From the NCBI GenBank assembly GCA_963702095.1, contig OY969706.1:576001-640000 (forward strand): a DNA stretch of 64,000 bases, written 5' to 3'. Origin of the DNA: Candidatus Bathyarchaeota archaeon. GTDB lineage: Archaea > Thermoproteota > Bathyarchaeia > Bathyarchaeales > Bathycorpusculaceae. Below are positions 39,645-50,310 of this stretch, one piece after another (the first letter of the stretch is position 1; the number at the start of each line of letters is the position of its first letter). Position numbers and translations under genes: made by a program. Under the pieces are notes generated by a model that had not been told where the DNA came from, did not search any database, and saw only the letters and a list, made by a program, of their open reading frames with translations.

Positions 39645-41768
39645 ATGCCACGGTTCAAGCAAATCCCCCAAATCCAAGCTTTAATGGGCAACAAAGAACG
39701 CATCCGCAACATAGGCATAATCGCCCACATCGACCACGGCAAAACTACCTTGGCGGATTCACTTTTGGCTGGAGCGGGGCTTTTGTCGCCGCAAATGGCG
39801 GGAATGGCGCGTGTGCTCGACTACCTTGAAGAAGAGCAGAAACGCAAAATCACCATAAAAACCGCTAACATAACGCTTCTCTACAGTCATCAATCCACAC
39901 CCTACATCATCAACTTGGTCGATACTCCGGGGCATGTGGATTTCACGGGCAAAGTCACACGGGCACTGCGCGTTATCGACGGGGCTGTGGTGGTTGTGGA
40001 TGCGGTGGAGGAGATTATGGCGCAAACCGAAATCCTCACCCGCCAGGCGCTCGAAGAACGAGTTTATCCAGTGCTTTTTATAAACAAAATTGACCGCTTA
40101 ATTACCGAGTTACAGCTCAGTGAAGAGCAAATCAGGAAAAAACTCAACCGCATAATCGGCAGCTTCAACGACCTAATTGAATTCTATGCCGAAAACCAAT
40201 TTAAAACCCAATGGAAAACCAGCATCACTCAGGGTAATGTGGCATTCGGCGCTGCACTCTATGGCTGGGGCTTCACCGCAGACATGGCAAAAAAACAATC
40301 TGTAAAGTTCACCGATATCATAGCTGCCTGCAAAAATGGCGAATCCTCTAAACTCAAGAAGGCGCTGCCAGTTTATGAGGCAATCTTTGAAATGGCGATC
40401 AAAAATGTGCCCAACCCGCGTGTTGCGCAGAGTTACCGTGTTGAGAAGATTTGGGGCGGACCAGTTAAAACTTCCATTGGAGCCGCGTTGGTTGAATGCA
40501 ATGACGAGGCACCCGCAGTCATGTTTGTTACGAATGTACGTGGTGATGGCAACGGCGATGTTTTTGCAACTGGTCGAGTGTTCTCTGGAAAAATGAAAAA
40601 GCAAGATAGGCTGCATCTGGTGGATAGCCTTTCGGAAACCCAAGTGAAAGCTGTCTATGTTGATATGGGTGCGATGCGGGAGGAAGTCGATGAGGTTTCC
40701 GCCGGCAACTTAGCCACTGTTGCTCTCACGGGCAATGTGCAGTCGGGAGAAACACTGGTGGATTTAGCGCTCAAGGGTATGGTGCCTTTCGAATGCATCC
40801 ACTATGTCTCGGAACCCGTGGTTACGTTGGCTGTGGAACCCAAAAACCCCCAAGACATCGAAACCCTCAAAAGAGGATTGGAAAAACTTGCCGCCGAAGA
40901 CCCCAACCTAAAAGTCGTCCCTGACAAAGAAACCGGCGAATACCTGCTAAGCGGCATGGGCGAGTTGCACCTTGAAGTAGCCATTAACCAACTCAAAAGC
41001 GAAACTGGCATCGATGTGGCAACTTCGTCGCCAAGGGTGGTCTACATGGAGTGCGCACAGAAGAGTGGTGCAGTGGCGCTTGCCAAGAGCCCTGATAAGC
41101 AAAGTAGCTTCTGGATGCAAGTGGAACCTGAACTTGAACAGGGCGCCGTTGGGGTCGACGAAGACCGTGGAGCGGTGCTTTCGATGGATGAAAACCGCAA
41201 TGTGCTCTTGGACTGCAACGGCAAAACCAGTCAGTTGCCGGAAGCAACTTTGGAAGCTATCATCGCCGGCTTTGAATACGCTTGCAGGGCTGGTCCGCTT
41301 TGCGGCGAACCGATAAGGCACCTAAAAGTTAACCTCATTGACCTCGAACTCTCAGATGACACAGCAGGCAGCTCAGAAGTCATGCGTGCCGTTGGCAAAG
41401 CAATCTTTGGCAGTTTCCTAACCGCAAACCCCACACTCCAAGAACCCATCTACAAAATCGCAATTTCAGTCGCCTCGGAACTCTCCGGCGAATCCACCCG
41501 CATACTCCAAACAAAACGGGGCAAAGTCACCCTGTTTGAACAGAAAGGGTTCCTATCCCAAAACACCGGTTACATCCCAGTCGCAGAAACCTTCGGTTTT
41601 TCCAAAGAACTCCGCAGCGCAACCTCGGGAAGAGCGGTGTGGCAATCCTTCTTTGACCACTGGCAAAAAATGCCCCAAAAACTCGCCTCTGAAGTCATCG
41701 CTGAACTTCGCAGGCGCAAAGGCTTAGCGGCAGAGGTGCCTAAACCAGAGAAATTCATGGAGCCTTAG
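39645..41768 (+). CDS. Elongation factor 2 paralog lacking the diphthamide loop
   Basis: AHIDHGKTT, DTPGH, NKID, GMGELHLE, LRSATSG; no HRG motif in domain IV; RKITI replaces RGITI. Confidence 0.88.
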   Translation: MPRFKQIPQIQALMGNKERIRNIGIIAHIDHGKTTLADSLLAGAGLLSPQMAGMARVLDYLEEEQKRKITIKTANITLLYSHQSTPYIINLVDTPGHVDFTGKVTRALRVIDGAVVVVDAVEEIMAQTEILTRQALEERVYPVLFINKIDRLITELQLSEEQIRKKLNRIIGSFNDLIEFYAENQFKTQWKTSITQGNVAFGAALYGWGFTADMAKKQSVKFTDIIAACKNGESSKLKKALPVYEAIFEMAIKNVPNPRVAQSYRVEKIWGGPVKTSIGAALVECNDEAPAVMFVTNVRGDGNGDVFATGRVFSGKMKKQDRLHLVDSLSETQVKAVYVDMGAMREEVDEVSAGNLATVALTGNVQSGETLVDLALKGMVPFECIHYVSEPVVTLAVEPKNPQDIETLKRGLEKLAAEDPNLKVVPDKETGEYLLSGMGELHLEVAINQLKSETGIDVATSSPRVVYMECAQKSGAVALAKSPDKQSSFWMQVEPELEQGAVGVDEDRGAVLSMDENRNVLLDCNGKTSQLPEATLEAIIAGFEYACRAGPLCGEPIRHLKVNLIDLELSDDTAGSSEVMRAVGKAIFGSFLTANPTLQEPIYKIAISVASELSGESTRILQTKRGKVTLFEQKGFLSQNTGYIPVAETFGFSKELRSATSGRAVWQSFFDHWQKMPQKLASEVIAELRRRKGLAAEVPKPEKFMEP

Positions 41769-41770
41769 CT

Positions 41771-42637
41771 ATGATTATGAGTTTGGATGTGGCGTTTGAC
41801 TTGGATTTTTCGCTGTGTTGTGGGCAGGTTTTTCGGTGGAAGAAGCAGGAGGGCTGGTGGTTTGGCGTGGTTGGTGAGCATGTCTTCAAGATTCGGCAAT
41901 GTGGTAGCGAATTGGAGTTTGAGGGCGTCAGCGAAGCGTTTGTGAGGCACTACTTCGGCTTAAACGACGATTTAGGGCAAATCAGTCGATGCATCAACAA
42001 AGACTCCACCATCCAACAAGCGCTACAGCAGTTTGGCGGATTGCGGCTGGTGCGGCAGGAGCCTTGGGGCTGTCTCATCGGATTCATATGTTCTATCCAA
42101 AAAAATATCCCCGCTATCGAACAAATGCTACAGAAACTGTCGGCTAAATATGGCGAAAAACGGTGTTTTGGCGGCCAAGACTTCCACCTATTTCCTACAA
42201 TAGAGCGGCTGGCGAATGCAAGCGAAAACGGCTTACGCGAATGCGGGTTGGGGTATCGCGCTAGATATGTGCAGGGGACCGCCCGAAAAATCCATAATGA
42301 ACACCTCAACCTCGAAAACCTAAAAACCCTGCCCTATGCGGAAGCTCGGGATGTGCTGCTGGAGTTTTCAGGTGTGGGCTTCAAGGTTGCTGACTGCGTG
42401 CTGCTGTTTTCACTGGAGAAAACAGAGGCCTTCCCAGTGGATGTCTGGGTGAAACGGGTTATTTTAAACCACTATGCCGACCAGTTCCCGCCTGAACTGG
42501 TGAAGAAGATGCAAAGCCACAACTCTTTGAGCAACGGCGAGTACCTGAAAATCGGCGACTTCGCGCGAGGTTACTTTGGCAAATACGCAGGCTACGCACA
42601 GGAATACCTGTTCCACTTTGAGCGGACGCAACGTTAA
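41771..42637 (+). CDS. ogg: 8-oxoguanine DNA glycosylase (OGG1-type HhH-GPD)
   Basis: CGQVFRW, GLGYRA, GVGFKVADC, FPVDVW, AGYAQEYLF. Confidence 0.9.
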   Translation: MIMSLDVAFDLDFSLCCGQVFRWKKQEGWWFGVVGEHVFKIRQCGSELEFEGVSEAFVRHYFGLNDDLGQISRCINKDSTIQQALQQFGGLRLVRQEPWGCLIGFICSIQKNIPAIEQMLQKLSAKYGEKRCFGGQDFHLFPTIERLANASENGLRECGLGYRARYVQGTARKIHNEHLNLENLKTLPYAEARDVLLEFSGVGFKVADCVLLFSLEKTEAFPVDVWVKRVILNHYADQFPPELVKKMQSHNSLSNGEYLKIGDFARGYFGKYAGYAQEYLFHFERTQR

Positions 42638-42676
42638 AATGCCATAGCCAAGCAATACCTGACAGGGTGCATACGG

Positions 42677-42928
42677 ATGAGTGAAGGCAAAATTACCCAG
42701 TTAATCAAGCAGAAAAGAGATTTTTTGAAGCAAGCAACAAAAGACTATGCAGCGGGCGGACGTGATATGCTTGACGACGTCGAAGCATTAATGGCGGAGG
42801 CTAAGGCGGAGCTCGCACATAACGTGGAGCTTGCCAGCGTTCTGAGGGAAGAGGATGAGGCTGAGTGGCAGAAAGAGTGCCTATCAATGTATCTTGCATG
42901 GTATGAGAAATGGTTCGGTAAAGCCTAA
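42677..42928 (+). CDS. Hypothetical helical protein
   Basis: Clean ORF in operon orientation; no recognised motif. Confidence 0.6.
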   Translation: MSEGKITQLIKQKRDFLKQATKDYAAGGRDMLDDVEALMAEAKAELAHNVELASVLREEDEAEWQKECLSMYLAWYEKWFGKA

Positions 42929-43108
42929 ACTGTGTTTTCTATTGTTTGTTGTTGCTGGGAACCCCTATACACAACAACAACCAGGGGCGTTTGGGGGCAA
43001 CTGTGTTTTTACATCAGGCTGCAGGGATGATTGCGGGCTGGTTGTGGCGGTTTCCGCAAGCAGTGCAGAGGAGTTCTCTGGAGGCATCTGAAAGGCTGCT
43101 TTGCCTGC

Positions 43109-43152
43109 GTTCCACTTTGGAACGGCTATGTTCCGTCAGCAGAGCTAATAGC
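43109..43152 (+). promoter_or_regulatory. Operator GTTC-N7-GAAC-N6-GTTC, then 11 nt, then weak TATA (CTAATAG)
   Basis: GTTC CACTTTG GAAC GGCTAT GTTC (43109-43133); same architecture at 56272 and 60893. Confidence 0.7.
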
Positions 43153-43184
43153 CGCTTCAACCTAATGCTGAATCGGCGAAAAAC

Positions 43185-44372
43185 ATGAAAATCGCACCAA
43201 AACTAATCCTATGCGCAACACTCTCACTGCTAATTGGAATAGCAGTTACAGCACCACTCCTCGCATCCGAACTAAACATCCGCCCGTGGACAACCCATGT
43301 ACAGGGACCAACCGCACCCTTTGACCTCGACCTAGTCTACGCCAACTTCACCATACAAAACCCCGACGCACCCATCACCCAAACCAGTGGACCAACCATC
43401 AACTACTATGCAGTAGTCAACGTAACCAACCCCTCCGACCATCGCGCCCTACTGCTTGGAACAGACTTCTGGGCAGGACAAAAAATCCTAAACGTCACCG
43501 GACAAGCCCCATTTGGCATGGAAGGCAACTGGAGCACCGGTGAAGGCTGGGAAGCCAAAGGCGCCTGGGTCGACGGCGTATGGTACAATGTCACCTACAC
43601 AAACGACCAGTATCCATTCTTCGACGCAGACGGCATAATGACAGAGTCACCTTTCCCCGCACCTTCATCTGAAGGACACTGGATGGAAGGAGTCCAAGTC
43701 TACGAGCGCACGATGCACACTGAAGACGGCACAACTACCACCAGCACCTACCTGAACATGAATGGAACATGGACAGACGTAACCGGCAGAATCACCGTTG
43801 ACAAAGCAGAAAGCGGTCCAGCCTACAGCATGGCTGGTCCAATCGCTGACCAACACATATCCTACCAAAGCGGCTCAACTACTAGCTTCGGAACAAGTGT
43901 CCAGTTTAACGGAACAGACGTTACCAACACTACTGATACGAGAATTAACATAGTGAGCTCTGTAGGCACCGACGGCACCATCGGTTACTCCACAACGAAA
44001 GACATCAACACAGGCGCAGACGCATTCGACAACCACTTTGCACCAGGCGAATCACGACTAATCGTGGTTTACGGCAGTTGGGAAGTCCGATCAGACTGGG
44101 TGACCATGAATGGAAATGGCTTCATAAACCCGGTTTCGGTCATCCAATCTGGCAGTGTACAAACAAAAACCATGGCACACAGCGTAGTTGACATGAACCC
44201 TGTCGCAGGCGACAACACTTTCATCGACCTTTGGTCAGACGCCGTAGAAGTACAGCAGCTCCCACTAACACAGGTAGGCAACAGCTACATCTACAACGCA
44301 GTCCTCAGCAGCAACCAAATGTTTAGGCTTGACCAATCCGGCGCAGAAGCCTTCATCGTAAACCAGAGGTAA
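43185..44372 (+). CDS. Membrane-anchored extracellular protein (KLILC family), putative sensor partner
   Basis: N-terminus KLILCATLSLLIGIAVTAPL and C-terminus LTQVGNSYIYN are homologous to 55499-56215. Confidence 0.8.
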   Translation: MKIAPKLILCATLSLLIGIAVTAPLLASELNIRPWTTHVQGPTAPFDLDLVYANFTIQNPDAPITQTSGPTINYYAVVNVTNPSDHRALLLGTDFWAGQKILNVTGQAPFGMEGNWSTGEGWEAKGAWVDGVWYNVTYTNDQYPFFDADGIMTESPFPAPSSEGHWMEGVQVYERTMHTEDGTTTTSTYLNMNGTWTDVTGRITVDKAESGPAYSMAGPIADQHISYQSGSTTSFGTSVQFNGTDVTNTTDTRINIVSSVGTDGTIGYSTTKDINTGADAFDNHFAPGESRLIVVYGSWEVRSDWVTMNGNGFINPVSVIQSGSVQTKTMAHSVVDMNPVAGDNTFIDLWSDAVEVQQLPLTQVGNSYIYNAVLSSNQMFRLDQSGAEAFIVNQR

Positions 44373-44377
44373 ATGAC

Positions 44378-44860
44378 ATGGCTGACTTGGACTGTGGAGA
44401 ACTCGAAGGAAACACCCTCAACGTGTACGCCTTCGTCGTGAAGGAAGGTAAACCTGTGGGTCCACGCGAAGTTATGCGTGGCGCCAACCTCAGCAGCCCA
44501 AGCACAGCGTATCGGCAACTGCAGAAGCTAGAATCCCTCGGCTTAATCAAGAAAAACGTGTATGGCGCATACGTTGCAAAGGAGAAAGCCAGTGTTAGCG
44601 GGCATGTGTGGGTCGGCAAAAACCTCGTGCCCCGTCTAATCTGTTACTCCCTCTTTTTCTTTGGCATCTTCAGCGTTGAGGTTGCGATTTTGCTGGTTCA
44701 GTTTTTCTTTCAAGGGCAGGCACCTAGTTTAGCTGTCCTTTATCTGGTTCCTATTACGGCTGGTTCAGCAGGGCTCTTTTTGGCAGAGGGTTTGATTCTT
44801 TGGAAACGCAGCAAGCCAGATAACACCCCAAAAAGCGAGGGTAGCACCGTATCAAATTGA
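44378..44860 (+). CDS. Membrane-tethered LexA-like winged-HTH regulator
   Basis: VGPREVMRGANLSSPSTAYRQLQKLE HTH, GHVWVGKNLVPRL linker, two TM helices; paralog of 55013-55480. Confidence 0.85.
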   Translation: MADLDCGELEGNTLNVYAFVVKEGKPVGPREVMRGANLSSPSTAYRQLQKLESLGLIKKNVYGAYVAKEKASVSGHVWVGKNLVPRLICYSLFFFGIFSVEVAILLVQFFFQGQAPSLAVLYLVPITAGSAGLFLAEGLILWKRSKPDNTPKSEGSTVSN

Positions 44861-44929
44861 TTGATAACCAATACAAGTAAACTTCATAAGGCTCGGCAAA
44901 GCTTGAAGTCAGAAAGTAAGGTTGGGCTG

Positions 44930-46337
44930 ATGAGAAGATCACTTGCATATGTCCTATTTGCTATCATTATTACTGCATCCATAGTAGCGGTATCCCTCAC
45001 AGTACTCTCAAAAAAAAGGAATTCTATGTTGGGGTAACTTACTGCGGAGACACCGTTGCTGGGGCAAAACAGTTAATTGACAAAGTACAGAACAACACTA
45101 ACCTCTTTGTGCTCCAATCAGGGTCGCTGCTGCGAAACGTTGACGCCATCAACGAAAAGGGGACTACGCCGTAAACGCTGGGTTGCACTACATTGTCTAT
45201 TTTGGGACAGATAGCGCTTGGGTGATGAATACGTGGCGAGAAAGTTATAACGGAAGCTGGGGAGACAAGTTTTTGGGGATTTATTTCGGGGATGAGCCAG
45301 GCGGAAAAATGTTAGATAGCGATAAATCGTTCTATGATCAGGTGTCTCAGAGTTATATTGGGAAAGACCGCTTTGGCATTCGATGGGAAATCGACAATGA
45401 AACGCTTGCAGCATACTTGCCAGATGGAGTCATCACATTAACTATTACTCCACCCTCTAGCGTGAATGGCGCAGACCGTTATGACGTTAACTTTTATCCG
45501 AATGGAACAGTAACAAATACAACGTACACACCGCAAAAGGACCCAGAGAACCCAAACCAAACAACCTTTATTCCCACTATCGTAACCGTGAAAGACCACT
45601 CAACCTTAAACTACACCTACCAAGAACTCTACAACGCACGCCCATTCCAAACCATTGAAGAAACCGCCCAGAGATTCGTCAACGCAACCAAATCAGCCCT
45701 CAACAATTTCGGCCCTGTCAACGGCACTTTTCTTACCTCGGATTACAGCCTCTACTGGTACGATTATTTAGGGGGCTACGATGCGGTGCTTGCGCAACTC
45801 GGTTGGAACCACACTTCGGTCAAAGATATTGCGCTTGTTAGGGGCGCCGCAGACTTGCAGGATAAAGATTGGGGCACAATTATAACTTGGAAGTATATGC
45901 AGGCGCCGTATTTAGCCAGCGGAGACGAAATCTACGATCAAATGCGGCTTTCGTATGAATGCGGAGCCAAATATGTCGTCGTCTTCAATTATGCGCCAAA
46001 CATGACCGCACCATATGGGACACTGCAAGATGAGCATTTTGAGGCTCTGCAACGCTTCTGGACAGATATAAAAGCCGGCAACATTAAACAGGGAGAAGTT
46101 AAAGCAGACACCGCATTCGTATTGCCCCATAACTATGGTTCAGGCCTAAGAAGCCAAGACGACATCATTTGGGGACTGTGGACGGCAAACGCGACTGACA
46201 GCCAAATTTGGCAACGCATGCAAGATGCATTGTCGGTTCATGGAGAAAAACTTGATGTAGTCTACGAAGACTCAGCGTTTCCGGCGGCGGGCGGCAAATA
46301 TTCGCAGGTTATTTACTGGAACCAAACAGGCAGCTAA
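44930..46337 (+). pseudogene. Secreted protein (possible glycoside-hydrolase-like), two -1 frameshifts near the 5' end
   Basis: ATG 44930 signal peptide; shift at the A8 run (45010-45017) into EFYVGVTYCG...; second shift at AAAAGGGG (45155-45162) into the 45183 ORF (YFGDEPGG). Confidence 0.65.
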
Positions 46338-46440
46338 TCGCTGAAGGCTTAGGAAAACAACTCTGATAACCAAACGCCGACGTGTAACCCCAAAAACGTT
46401 TAAATCTATTCAGAAACAGCAATACTAACAGACTCTCGGT

Positions 46441-46519
<79 letters not shown>

Positions 46520-46592
46520 ATCTTCTACCGCATGCTCAAACAGGGGGTGGCATCAACTGTTTTGACGGTGTAATCGCTGGAAAAAGCCCTCC

Positions 46593-47597
46593 TCAGATGG
46601 TTGATATATGTTGTTGTTGTGAGGGCCACCGGTCGGGAATTTTTCTAAGGCTGGCATCGAACTTTGTTACCTGATGGATTTTGGCAATTTGATCCTGCAA
46701 AACGAATAATTCTGCGACATCTCTAATCAACGCGGTTCCGTGAAGATCATATTCGCCGCTTGCCGTCATAATACTTGTTACGTTAGGTATCTTTGCGATT
46801 GATTCGAGAATGCTGCCCGACAAACTGTTGGACGCTGCAAACGCTATGTTGAAATCTAATATCGAGGAGTATCCAATCACATTTGGGTTTATCTGGATTG
46901 AAACCTTGATTGAACCTCTCTCCTTAAGCCTATTGTACCTTTTTATGACTGTTTCTACGGATACTCCTGCTTGTTTGGCTATTTGGCTAAAAGGGGTACG
47001 GCCATTCAGGACAAGCTTTGCCGTGATTTGTTTATCAAGTTCATCAACAAAGGCGTCCTGTGCGCAAACATTTGGCTTATTGGTTGGTGCTGTTTGGCTA
47101 TCTTGCTCAACGTATCGGGGGATGCCGTTAAGGTTGAGGTTTTCAGGTGTGTTTCTGACGCCTGTCCAAAGATATGTCTTCAACACTGTAGTAGGTAATC
47201 TCTGCTTTAATATCTGTTTTATCTGGTCCAGTTCATTTAGGTCCCTTAAGGTTGTAACTGCTCTAATATTGTAAACGCTATTGTATTGTCGGCTGGCTCG
47301 TACTTCCGATATTTTCTCCAAGAATTCCATAACTTGTTCAATCTGGTCCATGTTGACGCTTATTAGGACTGTGGCAATCGCAACTACCCCAAAATGACTG
47401 TAATTAATTTGAGTCGTGGCGCCTTTAACTATTCCTTTTTTCTTCATTACCTCATAACGTTTCCATGCAACATTTTCGGTAACTTTACATGCTTTTGCTA
47501 ACTCTCCAAAGCCAGTCCGACCGTCTTTTAAAAGGATCTTTAGTATCTGTGCGTCGAGGTCGCTGACTTTGCCTATCGGTTTCACTCGCTTCCGCAT
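46593..47597 (-). CDS. Tandem (double) Lrp/AsnC regulator
   Basis: Two HTH+RAM units: DLDAQILKILLKDGR and DELDKQITAKLVLNGRTPFS, SGEYD; divergent from the propeller gene. Confidence 0.9.
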   Translation of the reverse strand: MRKRVKPIGKVSDLDAQILKILLKDGRTGFGELAKACKVTENVAWKRYEVMKKKGIVKGATTQINYSHFGVVAIATVLISVNMDQIEQVMEFLEKISEVRASRQYNSVYNIRAVTTLRDLNELDQIKQILKQRLPTTVLKTYLWTGVRNTPENLNLNGIPRYVEQDSQTAPTNKPNVCAQDAFVDELDKQITAKLVLNGRTPFSQIAKQAGVSVETVIKRYNRLKERGSIKVSIQINPNVIGYSSILDFNIAFAASNSLSGSILESIAKIPNVTSIMTASGEYDLHGTALIRDVAELFVLQDQIAKIHQVTKFDASLRKIPDRWPSQQQHISTI

Positions 47598-47762
47598 GCT
47601 AACAGCTATTGATGCATTTATTATTAAGCTTCTTGGTTTGTAGAAATTTCCGCCAATATGTTCTGCTTTTTGGCGACTGATTTAACTTTTTCGGGCTTTT
47701 TTGCAAAGTCTTATAAATACCTTCGGTAAATAGCTAATTTTACGCAATAAAGGAGAAAAAAC

Positions 47763-50291
47763 ATGTTAAAATGCACTATACAACAAAAGAAAGCGTTAGC
47801 TATATTGCTAATACTATCTTTCGCAGCTTCAATGATAATGACAATACCCACAACAACCGCACAAGCAGGCACTCAAGCAACTTATCCATTTATCGAAACA
47901 ATCCCTAACGTCGCAGGAGTAGGACAACACGTTATCGTACGTTTCGGTATTCTGCAAGCTTTAGCGAACACTTATCTCGGCTGGAAAAACATAACTGTCA
48001 CAGTCGTTGACCCCGACGGTCAAACATCAACTCTGCACTTCACAACTGACTCAACAGGCGGAACCACAACGATCTACACTCCAACGAAAGTTGGCACATA
48101 CAAATTTACAACGAACTTCCCAGAACAGACAATGCCCGAAGACATCTTCGACATGGAGCGAGGCGCATTCATACCAGCAGGCACAATCATGAAAGCAAGC
48201 ACCAGCGTAACAATCGATCTCGTAGTAAACGAGAACATGCCACCAACATATCCAGAGCAACCACTTCCGACAGACTATTGGACACGACCAATAGACGCCC
48301 AACTCATAAACTGGGCTACAGTTTCGGGAAACTGGGTTGCCAGACCAAATAATGACATCGCACTCTACAACGACTATGCACCTGAAACACCACACGTACT
48401 ATGGTCAACACCATTGACATACGGAGGCTTAGCTGGAGGACTATACGGTGATGATTTAATTGCAGCTGGATCCCCGACAGGAGACGCATACGAAGGCAAA
48501 TTCGTGAATACAGTGGTAATTCACGGAGTAGTCTACTATAACTTAGGGAGTGTAGCGAATCAAAACGGAATCAACGCAGTCGACATACATACAGGCAAAG
48601 AACTTTGGACTAAAAACAATACATACCTATCCTTTGGTCAGACTTTCTTCTTCCACGGCTTCAACTACGACGGCACATTCGACTACCTATGGGATACTTC
48701 AAGCGTACCCGGCACATGGAATGCATATGATCCCTTCTCAGGTGAATGGTCATATTCAATGACAGACGTACCTTCTGGCACACAAACTTATGGACCAAAC
48801 GGTGAAATCCTAATCTACGTCATCGACTATACTCACAATTGGATGGCTCTTTGGAACTCAACCGCTTGCGGACAGCAAGACTCTCAAGGCGGCTACGCTC
48901 TTGGCGCAAACATGGGCAGTTGGGGCGATCAGGTTTACGGCAAAACTTTCAACGCATCGAATCCATTAAGCTACTCATGGAACGTAACAATTCCCGCAGG
49001 ATTAACAGCTGGGTCTTCGTTCTTTGTACCAATTCTGAAAATTTTCCCTGACCGAGTAATGTCTATCGACTTCAACCAAACACGCGTAAGAGTTTGGGGA
49101 GTAAGCACATTACCAGCATCAAGAGGACAATTGCTATTCGATAAAACATGGCAAGCACCATCTGAATGGTTAGACGGCTTCAACACTATACACTATGCAG
49201 GCGCAACCGACCTAGCTCAAAACGGCGTTATTGCAGTATGGGATAAAGAACTACAGAAATTCTATGGCTTTAGCACAGAAGACGGCAGCTATCTATGGAC
49301 AACCGGCGGCGAATATTGGTCAGATGCTTACGGCTGGGGCAACGTTGAACACACATGGTACTTCGCATATGATCACCTCTACTCAGTAGGCGTTGGCGGC
49401 ATCGTATACGCATACAACCTCGGTACAGGACAAACTGACTGGACATACAACATGACTGATCCCTATGGAGAACCCGTATCTGGCAATAACTGGTGGGGAT
49501 GGATACAATTGATCGCTAACGGCATGATCTATGTAGGCACCACAGAGCACTCTGCTAACATGCCTTACCCACGCGGCGGACCATTCATCTGTCTCAACGC
49601 TACAGACGGCACTGAAATCTTTAGAGTAAACGGCATGATGCGCGCGACCCGTTGGGGCGGAAACGCAGTAATGGGCGACAGTACAATCGTAGGCATGGAT
49701 ACATACGACCAACAAGTCTGGGCTATAGGCAAAGGACCCTCTGTAACTACAGTGACGGCAGGACCCAAATCCACTATGATGGGCGGCAGTGTAATCATCG
49801 AAGGCACCGTTATGGACGTATCTCCTGGCACATCAAGTGACAACTTGGCACTCCGCTTCCCAAGTGGTGTTCCAGCAGTCTCTGATGCAAGCCAAGGCGA
49901 TTGGATGCTCTATGTCTACAAGCAGTTCGCTAAGCCATCAAACGCTACAGGCGTCGATGTAACCTTCAGTGTAATCGATGCAAACGGAAACTTCCGCGAC
50001 ATTGGCCACACTACAAGCGACGCAAACGGCTACTACAGCTTCAGCTGGATGCCAGACATATCAGGCAAATACACAGTTTACGCTAACTTCGCAGGCTCTA
50101 ACAGTTACTGGCCATCATATGCAGAAACAAGCTTCGCAATCGACGAATCAGCCTCAACACCTGCACCAACCGATGCACCTTCAAACTATGCGACAACTTC
50201 AGACCTCATGATGTACATAGTCGGCGCAACAATCGCTATAATCATAGCAATCGTAGTTGTTGGCTTACTGCTGCTTAGAAAACGAGCATAA
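47763..50291 (+). CDS. PQQ-like beta-propeller surface protein
   Basis: Signal peptide, PLPTDYWTRPI, propeller repeats, FPSGVPAVSD, TM then LRKRA. Confidence 0.9.
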   Translation: MLKCTIQQKKALAILLILSFAASMIMTIPTTTAQAGTQATYPFIETIPNVAGVGQHVIVRFGILQALANTYLGWKNITVTVVDPDGQTSTLHFTTDSTGGTTTIYTPTKVGTYKFTTNFPEQTMPEDIFDMERGAFIPAGTIMKASTSVTIDLVVNENMPPTYPEQPLPTDYWTRPIDAQLINWATVSGNWVARPNNDIALYNDYAPETPHVLWSTPLTYGGLAGGLYGDDLIAAGSPTGDAYEGKFVNTVVIHGVVYYNLGSVANQNGINAVDIHTGKELWTKNNTYLSFGQTFFFHGFNYDGTFDYLWDTSSVPGTWNAYDPFSGEWSYSMTDVPSGTQTYGPNGEILIYVIDYTHNWMALWNSTACGQQDSQGGYALGANMGSWGDQVYGKTFNASNPLSYSWNVTIPAGLTAGSSFFVPILKIFPDRVMSIDFNQTRVRVWGVSTLPASRGQLLFDKTWQAPSEWLDGFNTIHYAGATDLAQNGVIAVWDKELQKFYGFSTEDGSYLWTTGGEYWSDAYGWGNVEHTWYFAYDHLYSVGVGGIVYAYNLGTGQTDWTYNMTDPYGEPVSGNNWWGWIQLIANGMIYVGTTEHSANMPYPRGGPFICLNATDGTEIFRVNGMMRATRWGGNAVMGDSTIVGMDTYDQQVWAIGKGPSVTTVTAGPKSTMMGGSVIIEGTVMDVSPGTSSDNLALRFPSGVPAVSDASQGDWMLYVYKQFAKPSNATGVDVTFSVIDANGNFRDIGHTTSDANGYYSFSWMPDISGKYTVYANFAGSNSYWPSYAETSFAIDESASTPAPTDAPSNYATTSDLMMYIVGATIAIIIAIVVVGLLLLRKRA

Positions 50292-50310
50292 AACACAAGA
50301 AACAAATCAA

